Source: Felis catus
Lineage: Eukaryota
Length of the DNA stretch: 64,000 nucleotides
Direction: 5' to 3'
Assembly: GCF_018350175.1 (NCBI RefSeq)
Contig: NC_058382.1
Location: forward strand, 60,266,001 to 60,330,000
The first letter of the stretch is position 1, and every line of letters begins with the position of its first letter. A program made the position numbers and the translations under genes. The notes below the pieces were generated by a model that saw only the letters and a program-made list of their open reading frames with translations, was not told the origin of the DNA and searched no databases. Of this stretch, positions 20,376-32,166 are shown piece after piece.

Positions 20376-23300
20376 TAAAGAACAGCCACCGTTTTACCTT
20401 TGGGGGCACATCATCAGGATCTGAATCATGGGGTCACAGAGGAAGGAGTTCAAGGCCATGCAGATGATGTTTAGTTATTTTGTTCAAGGAAGGTTTCCTG
20501 GCCGGAAAGGGATGGCTCCCACGTGATGGCGTAGTTCAGCAGGGCAGAACGCCTCCCCTCGCTGCCTGGGGGCTCCATCCTTCATCACTGATCGGCTTTC
20601 GCGGTCACGGCCAGGACCCTGGAGCCGTGGGCTGGAGGAGGTCCAGCCCAGAAGGGGTCCGAGTTCATTCGAGGTTCTGGGCTTGAAATTTCAGTCTTGT
20701 GGGAGGGCAGATTTCCTTAGGGCTGGAGCTAGCTTTAGGGATGCTGAGCAGTGTGCCGTTTGGCATGAGCCCTCTGCTTCTTTTAGAAACTTGGAAATGG
20801 AAGGGTTTGGGTCAACAGTGATGATAACCGGCACCGTGGGAAACGGTTGCCACCGGCCAGCTTGCAGCAGAGAACGGAAGAGGTGCCCCAGCCTCACGGA
20901 GCTCGGATCCCAGCCGAGGGGGATGTGCACGCAAACCACATTCCTCTCTAGTCCTGGACACAGGGGTTATTCTCACAGCCTGTCACACCCAGGGGCCGAG
21001 CCTCAGATGCGTCAGAACGCGCCCGAATTACACAGCAGGGCCCTGCGGAGCTGGATTCAAAGCCCCCCGGGTGCAGGGTGCGCACAGACCCAGGCTGAGC
21101 ACACGTACCTGCCCCGTCCCGGTTCCTGCAGCACCTGCTCTCTGGAACGATTGAGCCATTTCTTCCCCCACCCAACGTAGCCCTTTGAAGGACCAAAGAA
21201 CAGCACATTTGTTTCTTCCTCTTTAAGCAGACTTAAAAAAAAAAAAAAAGAAAAAAAGTCATGCCCACAAAGCAGAAGAAAGTCTTGGGAATAGAGCTGT
21301 TTGGTTTCGGGCCTTGTGGCCACCCGCCCCACTGGGGGAGGCGGGAGGGACTCTGGGCCTCTCCGGAGGAGGCCGCCGAGGAGGTGTGCGGGCGCGGGAT
21401 GCGACGCGGGGACCACTGTCCGGCTCGCGGTCTCCCCGCCTCCCTGCCCGCGCGCAGGCCCTCTCCCACCAGGAAGCCAGCCAGGGCAAGTAAACAGCCA
21501 GATTTCTCCGAGAGTCTGCGAAACAAAACCGCCATTGTTTCCATCCAAGCTGCTTTCAGGAAAAACAACAGGTTTTTCCACTTTGGAGCCTTTATAGATG
21601 GAGATACGCTGCGTGCTTTCTCCTCCACAGGCTGAAAGTTGTGGTCTTCTGTTCAGCTGGTGAGGAAATACTCTTGGAACTTGGAACGACAGGGCTCTGC
21701 AGCCCCGAAACTGCCCCCATGCCACAGCAAACAGCCCGGCTCCCCGAGCCCCCGGGATGACCCCACGCTTCTTGTTCTCCGAGACCTCCAGGGTCCCCCC
21801 GACCCCCAGGATCTCTGTGACCCCCGAGGTCCCCGTGATCCCCAGGGTGACAGCCACACCCCCAGTCCAGCTCCTGTGTGTTCTCGGGCAGCTCCTGTCC
21901 TGTCTCCCATCCCTGGCTTCTCCCAGCTTGCCGGCTTGCACCTTCTCAAACCGAAGTCTCCAGGGTCCCCAGGGTCCCCTTCCTGCCTGAAGGCCCCCCC
22001 AGATGTCTTCCCTGGATGGGCTGCAGGGCCCGCTGAGTGATGCAGCAGGGGGACCGTGTCATGAGAAGGCTGTGTAGACAGAGGCAAATCGGAGGGACAC
22101 ACCCACAGCAGGCGTTGCCGTCGGCCTCCCGAAGCTGGAAGACGAGGTCTCTGTGAGGGCTCAGCTGAAGACGGGGGTCTTGGGCCCGCGTGCGGAGGGT
22201 CAGGTGGCCCTTCACCCCACCTTGGAGCGTGGCCACGCGAGGGAATGCTGGTCCCACCCAGAACCCAGGCTTCCTCACGGCCTCCAGGCTCCAGGGCTGA
22301 CCCCTCACCTCCTGTGTGAGTTACAGCTGTTTGGAGAGGCCCCGTCCCTCCCGCAAAGGACCTGCCTCCAGGTCGCCCCGGAATCTCGACCTCTTGGAGC
22401 CGTGAACCTGTACGTGGAGGCGAGGCACAGCCCCGCGCCGCCGTCCTGGCCCCGAAACTGATTTCGACAGGGTGGAGAGCACGGAGGCCCCGTAGGCCGC
22501 CCCTTCCCGGCCCTCCCTGCGTCCTGCGGCTGGGAAACCCCTTGCTGTGCGTGCGGTGGGGGCCGCCGGGACCATGCCTTTCCCTGCGCCGGCGGAGGGA
22601 TGACAGCCCTTCCTCGGAGGCTCCCTACTGGCTGGAAAGGGGCCCTGAAGGCACTTGGTGCCTCGGGACGTGGGGGCTGTCTGTTCCCTGAGCCGGGGAA
22701 GCCCTCACACCCAGGAGAACCACAGAGCAGAAGCCGGATGCAGGCTCCGGGTGGAGCCACCCCCTTCCCCAGGGAGCTTCCCGCGTGCCCAGGGCTGGTG
22801 TGCAGATTCCAGGGCTCACCGCCCCCCCCACCCCACCCCCGGGCTGGGCAACCTCAGCTCCGAGCCAGCACTTCCCGCCACCCACAACCGCCCGCCCCCA
22901 CGCTCTTCTGGATCACATAGGCTATTTCTGCCCCAGACCGCACTCGGCTGTATTTAAGGAGCGGGAATCTTGGGATTGTGGGCGTCCGATGGGGAAGGCC
23001 TTTACCACCCCGGTGGTAACGGAATGGAACTCTGTGCTGGAAATAAAACAACCTGAAATAACACAGGAACTGGGCCTTCTCCAAAGGCTTTTGGAGAAAA
23101 CGTTACCCCAAATGAGAAGGGCAGCTGGTCACCGAGAGGAGTCGAGGGCATCTGGGAGCCAGTCCCACGGGTAAGGGGCTGAGAGAGCAGGTGCCCCAGA
23201 CTCAAGCGGCTGGGGTAGGGGGAGTGGGGGGCGGGGGCAGCAGGCCCTCGCCCTGAGCCGCAGCTGGAGGCCAGGCGTGGTTGTGAAACGTACCGTGTGG

Positions 23301-26174
23301 ACAACATAGCCGTGCGGGGCCCGGGGCGGGCTTCTGCTCTGGAAAGACAGCCGCGAGCCTGTGGGGTCCCTTAGGAGCCCCTCCTTAGGGAGGTTCTCTC
23401 TCGGGGACCGAGTACAGGCCGACGACCTCACTGCCCGGCCGAGCCCCCGCCAGTGGGTGCTGATGGCAGGAGGAAGCTTCAGGGGGTTCTAAACACTCTT
23501 AGCGGATCAAAGATTCTCATAAACAAAGGCCTAAGTGCTTACAAAGAAACTCTCAGTGGTTTATCTTGGGGAATTTTTCAAAGTGCAATAAAACAGAGGC
23601 TTCTGGCTGACGAGACACGCGCCACACGGTGGCACGACTGTCACGGGCCCCGCGCAGCCAGGCTCCGACCCACGTAACCAGGCTGGGTTTCTTGGTGGAG
23701 GAGCGTGCGTTTCCTTAGAGACAGCGCGTTTTGTGGCTGCTGTCCACGAAAACATAGGTGTGGCCTCTGAGAGGACCGGGTCTCCCAAGATGGGGAAAAC
23801 AACCGGGAGCGTGTGAGGGCCAGCGTCCGCGAAGGACTCGTGTCAGAGCTCCTGCGAGTGGGGGGCTGCCTGCCCCGTTTTCCCCCCCGAGGCATGGAGA
23901 TTTGGGGTTCTTGGCTCAGTCTTCCCACTGCCCGTGGACTCACTGGGTCATCCAGCATCGGCTGTGGCCCACCTGTCACTGGCCGGGCCCTGCCAGAGCT
24001 GAGCGTCGTGGGGGTCCTTGTGGAGAAGTAGGGACCGCTGCTCCCCCGCCTTCCCGCGGGGGCAGCACGCGGCGGGGTCCCACTCGCCGAGAGCCTGTCT
24101 GAGCAAAGGGACGTTTGAGGATGGCGAGGCTGGGGAGAAGCGGGCCCGCTGGGCAGGTGGGCGAGCGCCTGTCGGGTCGGAGGCCCCGGCCTCCTCAGGA
24201 GCTCGGCTTCCGTGCAGACGGCGGCTGGGAGCTGCTTCGGGGCTCACGGGGGGGTGGGGAGGGGAAGCGGACAGCTTCAGAGTTCCCTCCCAGGGGCCCC
24301 GTGGCGTCCATCGTGTGGCCTGAACACCGTCAGCAGGTGCACAACGTGCCATCCTACACGGGGAGGCCGGATCAGCGGGGGAGCCCAGGCCGCAGGGAAA
24401 GCACCTTCTGCAGGGAGCCTGGCGGAGCTCAGACAGCAGGCCTCCTGGCCTCTGGCAGGACCCCAGTGCCCTGCGCGAGGCCTGGGCAGGAGGTGGGGGG
24501 CACCGGGGGGGGGGTCTGGACTCTGGTTGACCGGGGAAGCCGGGCCACACGCAGCGGCTTCTCCAGAAGTCCATCCTCACGGCTTCGCCCAGGAACGCGT
24601 GGTCAGTCATGTGAGGAGCTCGGGGGTCCCTGTCTCCCGAGAAGGAGCTCGCGGGTCACGTGGGGCGACCGTGGTTCCTGAGGGAGGGGAAGCTTCACGG
24701 GGCTCCGCGGGTGGGTGGATGTGCGCCGTGGGGGCCCCAGGGTCCAGGCTTGGGGTGCGCGCGGGGAGGCCTGGCCTGCGGGGCACCTTCCCTGTTCCCA
24801 GGGGGCCCCAGGCCCGGCCGGCTGTCCTTGCAAGAGGAGCCAGGGTCACTGCCACGAGCCCACAGAGCCCAGGCCTTGTCCTGCCCACCTCTGGCTCAGA
24901 CACACCGGGAAGGCTCTCCGGGCAGCACTGCCCTGTGTTCCTCTGCTTTCCTGCTCCCCAGTGCGGGAGCCAACAGAGGGGAGCGGATGCTCCGTGGTGC
25001 CCTGGCCCCCCGCCCTCTCCCCAGTCCTCCTCCGGGTGGGGCGTGGGGCGCCTACTTCCCTGCCCCAGCCCCCCATCCAGACACCCGCCTCCTCCATCCT
25101 GGGAGTCCTTGCCTGCCCCTGCCCCGCCCCACCCAACCTGCTCCCACCTTTTCGGCCGCCTGGCCTGCGGCCCTGAACGGCCCCTTCTCCCTGCGCCCTC
25201 CGTGTCCAGGCTCCCACTCGTGCTTCTAGAACTCGGCCCGGGCCCCGCACCAAGCCTGGCCTCACTCCTGCCCCCAGGCCGCACACATTGCTGCCTCCTC
25301 GGGGCTGCTGGGCGGCGCTCCTGGTGGCTCGTGGCGAGCGTGTCCTCCACGAAGTTTCACGAGCCACGAGCCACGGCCTCCCGGGTTTTCCGTCCTCATC
25401 TGCTCGCCGAGACGTAGCCCAAGGCTGGAGGCAGGGGAGGGGTGAGGAGAGACCTTCGAGCGGCCTGTGTCCCCACGCGGGACACCGAGGCGCTGAGGAG
25501 ATGTGCCCCGGGGGCCTTCCCCCGCCCGGTCTGGAAGCACCCCGTCCCTCTCGTGCGGCTGAGTCACCAGCCCTGTCCTCCAACAACCCCCATGTGTGAC
25601 TTCACCGGCTTGGCTCTGAGACCCAACATCCTTCCAAGAAAGAGAAAAGGGCCCGAGGAAGAGGCTCCGAGGACTCAGGGAGCGCACCGGGCACACCCCG
25701 GGAGCCCCGCGAGCCAGTGTCCTGGGGAAGCGGTCCCGACACGGCCCGGCCGCCCGCGGAGCCTCAGCCTCACGCCCCAGGGCAGCGAGAGTGTCGCTGA
25801 GCTGGGCTCCCGTTGGTGCAGTGGGGCCAGCAGACCGGCCCGGCCTGGCTCACGGCTCCGTGTGCGGGCAGGTGACCTCGGCCTCCGGCTCCGACAGGCA
25901 GGCCCGTGGCGCCCTCACCCGCCCAGCCCCACCGACTTCCTGTCCAAGCCCACGTCCACGCGGGACAGCGTGAGAGTCAAGTGTCGCACGAGAAACAACT
26001 CTACCGGCCGTGGTCTGGATGCGCAGCCGGGTCCAGCCTTCGGCGGAACATTTCCGTGGTTACCTGGGTCACTCCCCCCTCCCCCCCCACAGGGAGGGTG
26101 TGTCCGCATGCGTGATCCGGTCAGGGGCTCAGGGCACCGCTGCGTCCCATCCTGGGGTTTCCCATCTCCCGGTT

Positions 26175-26885
26175 GGTTGATTTTCAATTCGCAGACTTTC
26201 CAGTTCACTCTCGAGTGAAGCCCGGTTCTCTGGGCGGCAGATTCTTGGGGTCGTGTGTCCCCCAGCCCAGGATCGTTGCACCCCCCTGAACACCCCCTGC
26301 CCGTCTCCGTAAGTGACCCCCGTGCCCCCGCCGGCCCCGCACAGTCACCAGCCTGTCTCCCTCCCTGCAGCTGTGTGTCCCCACGTTACGGGAACGGAAT
26401 CGTGCGATCCACGGCCGCTGGGCTCTGCTTCTGGCTTCTTCCGCTTGGCAAAGTGCGCCTCAGGTTCCCCCGTGCTGAGCATCGCGGGAGGCCATCCCGT
26501 GGTGCGGTGGCACCAAGCCGGACCCCCCCACGAGCCTGGCGAAGGGCACGTCGGTTACCCCTGGTGTGTGGTGAGGGCACGGCTCACGTACGTGTGTTTC
26601 TGGGAGCGTGCGTTTTCCGTGCATCGGGTTAAACCCTTGCAAGTGCACGTGCTGGGCCGTATGGCCTGTGCCGCCAGACTGCCTTGCGAGGGGCCACCGC
26701 AGGCGCCGTCCCTCCGGCCGCGAGCGGGGGCTCCTGATGCTGCGATGCCCCACCAGCGCCCGGTGCGGCCAGGGTCCTGGGTTCCAGCCACTCTGGTGGG
26801 TGTAGACCGGCACCTGCGTGTGTAAGCTGGCGTCTCCCTCCGGACAGGTGACGTTGAGCATCTTGTCCTGGGCCGCCTGTGGCTC
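26175..26885 (-). mobile_element. L1MC/L1MB-type 3' region, antisense, extremely GC-shifted
   Basis: Collinear anchors: 'gaacggaatcgtgcga' (aaatggaatcatacag), 'ctggcttcttccgcttggcaaagtgc' (ctggcttctttcacttagcaaaatgc), 'gaagggcacgtcggtt' (gaaggacatttgggtt), 'gacgttgagcatctt' (gatgttgagcatctt). Confidence 0.75.
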
Positions 26886-27835
26886 TTGGGCACACCAGTG
26901 CCACGGGACCGTCCAGGCTAATTAGGGAAAGCCAGGGGAGGAGGGAACAACTTGTCTTCCCAGTTGTTCTGTGAACCGAACTGACCGCTGGCTTCCGGTC
27001 TGCCCGGCCCGGGGCAAGAGCGGGGGGAGAAACGGTTGGGGCGCAGGTCCGGAGGCGCCTCCCTCCCCCAGGGCCGTGGGCTTGTGGTGGGCCCCACACC
27101 TCGGCTTCCGGGGGTTCTGGGCCTGGGCCCCCACACAGAAGGGGAGGTGTGGACAGCTCTGCCTCTGGGAGGAAGTCCTGGGGTCCAGCTGCGGATGGGG
27201 ACACGGGAGTGGCCACGTGCTGGACACGGGGTGGCCTGGCCGGGTCTCAGCGGCGGCACAGGTCACGGGGCCTCCTACAGAGGTGGGGTCTTCAGGGGTC
27301 TCAGGAGGGAGCGCATGCACGGCTCCAGGAGAGGGGGGCCCTCGCCACCTGCTGCCCGGCCAGCCTGCCCTCCATCCCTGGCGTGGACCCAGCGCCTCGC
27401 CCCGAGGACAGTTGGTCTGAATTTTCTGAGTCTCCGGCTGTAGCTGTTGAGGCTCTGTCGTGGTTTGTCTGCGTGGTGCGTTCCGTGCGCGGCCACCAGC
27501 CGCCTCCCGAGCAGGGGTCGCGCTGACTCTCCAAGGGCCCGTCGGGTCCGCTCGGCCTGGCGAGGTCCGGTGAGGGTGAGGGTCTGTGCTAGGGGCCGAG
27601 CTGCGGGGACCTGCGGGAGACGAGGGTCACACCGACGGCCCCCCGCCCCCGCCCCCACCGGGTTTCAACTGTGGTTCGTTTCTTCTTCCCAATCCTCAAC
27701 CTTATCTTTTCTCAACGTTCAGAGCATTTGGTTGCAGACGTCCGTACCTTTCTCCCCGAGTTTTTCAGCGGGAAGATCATCGACCAGGCTTGGCCTCTGT
27801 CAGTGGTTCTTTCTGTTCTTTGACGGCAAAGTGAA

Positions 27836-28025
27836 CGTACGGAGACTCTTAAATACAGAGGGTTGTGGGGGGGTGGTCGGGGGAATGGGTGGTGGTCATC
27901 GAGGAGGGTCCTTGTCGGGATGAGCACTGGCCATTGTACGTAAGCGACAGATCACGGGAACCTGCCCCCGAGGCCAAGAGCGCACTGTACGTTAGCCAAC
28001 GTGACAGGAAATTATACTGAAAAAA
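27836..28025 (+). mobile_element. 5'-truncated felid-type L1 3' end
   Basis: 'gagactcttaaatacagag...gaggagggtccttgtcgggatgagcactgg...gtaagcga...atcacgggaa...ccaagagcgcactgtacgttagccaac', short A tail, TSD aaagtgaa at 27828-27835 and 28023-28030. Confidence 0.85.
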
Positions 28026-30464
28026 GTGAAACCCCACATCTTAACGGTCCTGTTGGATAGGTTCAGACAAGCGCGTCCAGCCAGCCCCCATCGAGACAGC
28101 GGCCCGCACCCCAGGACAAAGGAGACTCCAGCTCAGTCAGTGCCCTCCAGCGCCCGAGGACACACAGACCGTGGCTGGCCCCGAGCCCCTGCCTTGGGGA
28201 CGGCTCTGGGACATGGTCCCATTTCCAACGAGTTCCCAGGGCGCTGGGACCCCATCTGGAGAACCGTGGCTCTAAACACACAGTTCCTGCCCAGAAGGAC
28301 CCTGACCCTCTCCTTGGAGGAGAGCCCACCCTCCAAGCCCACCACGCCGGGCTCCCTGCTCCCTCCCTGCCCCCGAGCCACCCTGGGGAGCTCCCTTCAG
28401 GGGTGGGCGGCAGGGGAGGGCCTGCTGCCCACAAGCTGCCTCTCCCGCGGGGACAGCATGCCCGAGACACAAGGTGCACGCGTACATGTGGGCACACGGA
28501 CGTTCGTGCGCGTGTTGGTCAGCAAGGATCTCCCCCGCGTGGGTGTCGGGAGGGTCAGCAGTGCTGCGCTCAGGCCACCAAGGCCGCCAGGGCGAGGTGT
28601 CAGGGGGAGCCTGAGGTCCCGCTTCGCCCTGTAGGTTTGGACCCCCGGTCCCTGTGCCAGACCAGGAGGCGCTTTCCCATCTGCCTGTCTCGCCGCCCGG
28701 GCGCCTGTCTGGACGGAGCCAGGAGGATCAGGAGTCAGGTGCAGGAGACAGCGTGGCCTCTGCTGTGCGACGACCTCGCGGGCGGTTCCCTCTCGCGGTC
28801 TCGTCTGTGCCGAGACGAGTGGGGTGAGGACGCCCACGTCTAGTTGCTCTAGAGATGACAGAAAATAACGCCGCACGTCCCACCCTGGCGGAGCCGTGGG
28901 GGCACGTCTGACCCCCAGTTCCGGGCGGGCGGTGGCCCCAAGCGGAGGTTTGCGGGTCGCAGCCCTGGGGGGGGCCGGGCTTCCCCCAGAGGGCCGGGTC
29001 GTGCCTTGAATCGACAACGGAAGCGCAGCGCCCTGGAGTCCGGAGCTACCTCCCCGCTTCTCAGACCCCTCGATCCTCCCTTTATCTGAGGTGTTTCTGG
29101 GCCCGGGGGACACACGAGGCAAGGAAGGTCTCTGTTAGCGGGCAGCTCCTCCTGACGGGACCCTCAAGTCTCTGCGAGAGCTCTGCCCCGCACCCACCCA
29201 CGGCCTGTGCCTGCCTCTGTTTCCCCCTGTCTGGCCCCGGTCGGGCACCCCGCGGCAGAGATCTGTGGCTCTGGGCGCGTGGCCTCCGGCCGCCGTGGCC
29301 GCTGCTCCGGAAGGCTGAGCTGAGGCGAAGGTTACGGGCTCCCGCTTTGATCTGGGGAGGAGATGCCAACAGTGCGAGAGGGGCGTCTCCTTCACGGGGG
29401 CCCCAGAGCCAGGCGGTTACCTGGTTACCCCGGTTTGGCCACTCAGGGAGCCCCCGAGGAGAGAGGGAGGGCGGGCCCGCCCAGGACCGCTCGAGGGAGC
29501 ACACAGGCTAGAGCACGCGTCCCTCCGTCCGAGAGCCCAGGGCACTGGCTGGGCAGCAGGCGGGCCGCCTGGGGTCAGGGGGGCGGGCTGCCTGGGGGAG
29601 CAGGGGACCGAGAGCCCACCTGCGTGCCCCCTCCCTCCCGCCTCCCACCTCCCACCCTCAGATTAGCGCTCCACGGCCCTTGACCTCCCGTTCTCCTGCC
29701 TGCGGCGCCACAGCCGGTTCCCCGGAGAAGCGCGGGGAACCTGGTGCGTTATGTGGGTTCTCTTGACCCCGCACACCTCGTGGTGACTGTGCACGGCCGC
29801 GCCCCGAGGGTGAGGCTGCCCGCAGCCCCCGTCCTCCCCCCCAACGGAGACCGAGGCCCCGTGGGGGGAGCGGGCCCTCCAGCCCGACCTGGGGCTCACA
29901 CCCCGACCTCCTGGCCTCCCAGCCCTGGCCGCGGCCCCTTCTGGCACCGATGTGCTCTGCGGCTGACGGCCCGCGCCGCCCCGGGGTGAGGGGGGATCGC
30001 GGCACCCCCGTGCCTGCAGAGCACGCTCGCTGGGCGCGGCCAGACGTCCACGCAGCTCCCGGAGCGGCCCGTACGTCACCGTGGCTCCCTCCGGCCCTCG
30101 CTTGGTCGCTGCCGCGCCGCCTGCGGCCACTGAAATGAGACACTCGGGGTGGCCCGCTGTTTCCCCGAGTGCGCGCAGGGTCCAGGAACCCGAGGATTTG
30201 GGGCAGCTTTGCGAGGCGGCTGGTCTCTGCTTGATACTTTTCTCTCGGCTTTTCCCTCCTGCTTCTTCTCCGTCCCTTCCAGAAAGCAGGGCCGGTCGCT
30301 GGGCGGGCCGGCTTGCGTTGGGATGCTCCGGGCAGAGGCTGACTGCCGGGCCCTCTGGCTCTGCGATGGGTGCCGATTGCCTGAGCCTTCGCTCCTTCCC
30401 TGGCTCGCGCATCCTGGCTTCCTGCTCCGGGGCGTGAAGACCGCTCAGGCGGGGTCCCTGTGCC

Positions 30465-30665
30465 CCGTGACTCAGCGCTGTGCTGGCTCGCTGTGTGGCT
30501 TCCGGCCAGTTGCTTGGCCTCTCTGAGCCTGAGGGTCCTCGTCTGTAAGATGGTGGGAATAACAGGACCCGCCTTACGGGGTGGCGGGGAGCCGGTGACA
30601 CGTGGCGGGGAACGTTCTGCTCCAGGGCGGGCTCGCGGCAGAACTCAGCGGCGTGAGTCGCTGTC
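30465..30665 (+). mobile_element. MIR, GC-shifted
   Basis: 'gctgtgtggcttccggccagttgcttggcctctctgagcctgagggtcctcgtctgtaagatggtgggaataac' is the MIR core. Confidence 0.75.
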
Positions 30666-31028
30666 ACCTTGGTCTTTGCTAACGATAACCGTCCTGTGGT
30701 AACGCTGCTGTCACAGCTTTGAGGGACCACACGGGAATGCAGGGACAGGCGTGGCGGTCACCGGGGAGGGGTGGGCAGGGGCTCAGGAGGCTTCAGGGGC
30801 TGTGGAGGGTGGGTTCCCGGGGAAGGCGCCGCGGCCCAGAGGTGCGCGGCCCGGTGCTCCAGCGCCCGGGGAGGGGTGGGAGGGCAGGGGGGCGGCCTCG
30901 GAAGCAGGAGGGAGGCTTGCGCAGCTCGGAAGAGGGAAGCCGCCTGCCCCGGGGGGACCGTGTCTGAGACCAGAGCGGGGGAGGGACGTGGGGAGCAGCC
31001 GGGGCTGTGGCACACGTTCTCGATCGCA

Positions 31029-31062
31029 AGTGAATGAATGAATGAATGAATGCATGAATGAA
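31029..31062 (+). repeat. (GAAT)n, probable L2 tail
   Basis: Directly visible. Confidence 0.7.
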
Positions 31063-31169
31063 GTTGGTGGTGGAAGCCACTTCCTGTGCCGGTGAGGGGG
31101 CGTGTTAGGGAAAGAACGGCCTTCGGAGGGGGACAGTGGTGGCCCTGCCCCGACAGCATCTCCCCGGGG

Positions 31170-31610
31170 TCGTGTTCGTCCAGCAAGGGGCCAGTATGCA
31201 CAACACATGCTTTGTAGGAAACGGCAGACACCCCAGAGAAAAACGGACAAAAGCGGTGACCGTCCATCTCACAGAGAAGAAACCCAAATGAATAGCAAAT
31301 GTAGAAAAAGGCGCTCAGGTAATTTATCCGCCGTTGGGAAACGTAGTTAAAGACCCATGAGAAACGCCGCCGTCCGTTCGCCAGAAGGTCTGGGTGACTG
31401 GGAGAACTGGAAGGTGTGTGCACCCCGGGGGACGTAAGCCGGGAAACCGCTGGCCGTCCTCGCGCACAGCCGAGCCTCCGCTCCCGGGTGGGGGCGGGTG
31501 GGCTAGTGGCGCTGCCCCAAGTAGCCCCAGGCTGGGAACACCGACGTGCTCATCAGCCCGGAGAATGTGCGGGAAAACCTGGGTAAGTCCTGCACCTGTC
31601 AAGATGCGCC
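31170..31610 (+). mobile_element. Old L1 ORF2 C-terminal/3' remnant
   Basis: 'gaaaaacggacaaaag...catctcacagagaagaaacccaaatgaatagcaaatgtagaaaaaggcgctca' parallels L1 'aaaaatgggcaaagg...catttcaccaaagaagatatacaaatggccaataagcacatgaaaagatgctca'. Confidence 0.6.
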
Positions 31611-31689
31611 CCCCCCCCATCCGTCGTCGTCGGGGACGTGCAGATGAGAAGCAGAGAGAGGCGCCGCTCACACCCGTTGGTGCCGCCAC

Positions 31690-32166
31690 TGTTGGAGAAC
31701 GTTGACGATGACCCGCGCTGCCCCCTGCGCTCACGCGCCCACGAGACGTGAGAGCGGGTCCCCCGTTGGCACACGCGTTCACAGCAGCCAGCGGCGGACG
31801 CGACGGTCAGCACGGTGTGCGTGACACGACGGGGCGGCACCCCGCCTTGCGGGGAAAGGGAAGCCCGATGCCAGCCGCACCTCGTGGGTGGACCTGAGGA
31901 CACCCCTGCAGGGCGAGCCCTGGTGGGATCCACGGACACGAGGCCGGGGGCGGGCGTCAGATTCACAGACACAGAGAGTAGATGTGGGAGCAGGGGTGTG
32001 AAGGGCGGGCGGCGAGTCTGTGATGGGGACCGAGCTTCCGCTCCACAAGCCGAACGGTCAGGCCGCGGGGACAGCCGCTCGGCATCGTGAACGAGCGTCA
32101 GGCCACGACCTCCACCCCTAAAAGGGGCCGGGACGGTGGACGTGGCGCCGTGTGCGTTCGACCCCG
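31690..32166 (+). mobile_element. L1MB-type 3' end, extremely GC-shifted
   Basis: 'cgtgggtggacctgaggacacc' (catggatgaaccttgaggacatt), 'gatccacggacacgagg' (gattccacttatatgagg), 'gtcagattcacagacacagagagtagatg' (gtcaaattcatagagacagaaagtagaatg), 'cctaaaaggggccgggacggtgg' (cttaaaaatggttaaaatggtaa). Confidence 0.75.

Noticed and set aside
24212..25417. 401-aa ORF, and similar long Pro/Gly/Arg/Ala-rich ORFs (4602-5555, 29663-30730, 40544-41494, 59868-61049)
   Set aside because: Overlapping ORFs occur in most frames on both strands, with low-complexity composition and no recognisable domain. This is expected from stop-codon scarcity in very GC-rich DNA.
27343..27358. CTCF-like motifs (also near 12590, 41442, 55143, 62807)
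   Set aside because: All have mismatches at core positions, and such near-matches are expected by chance at this GC content.
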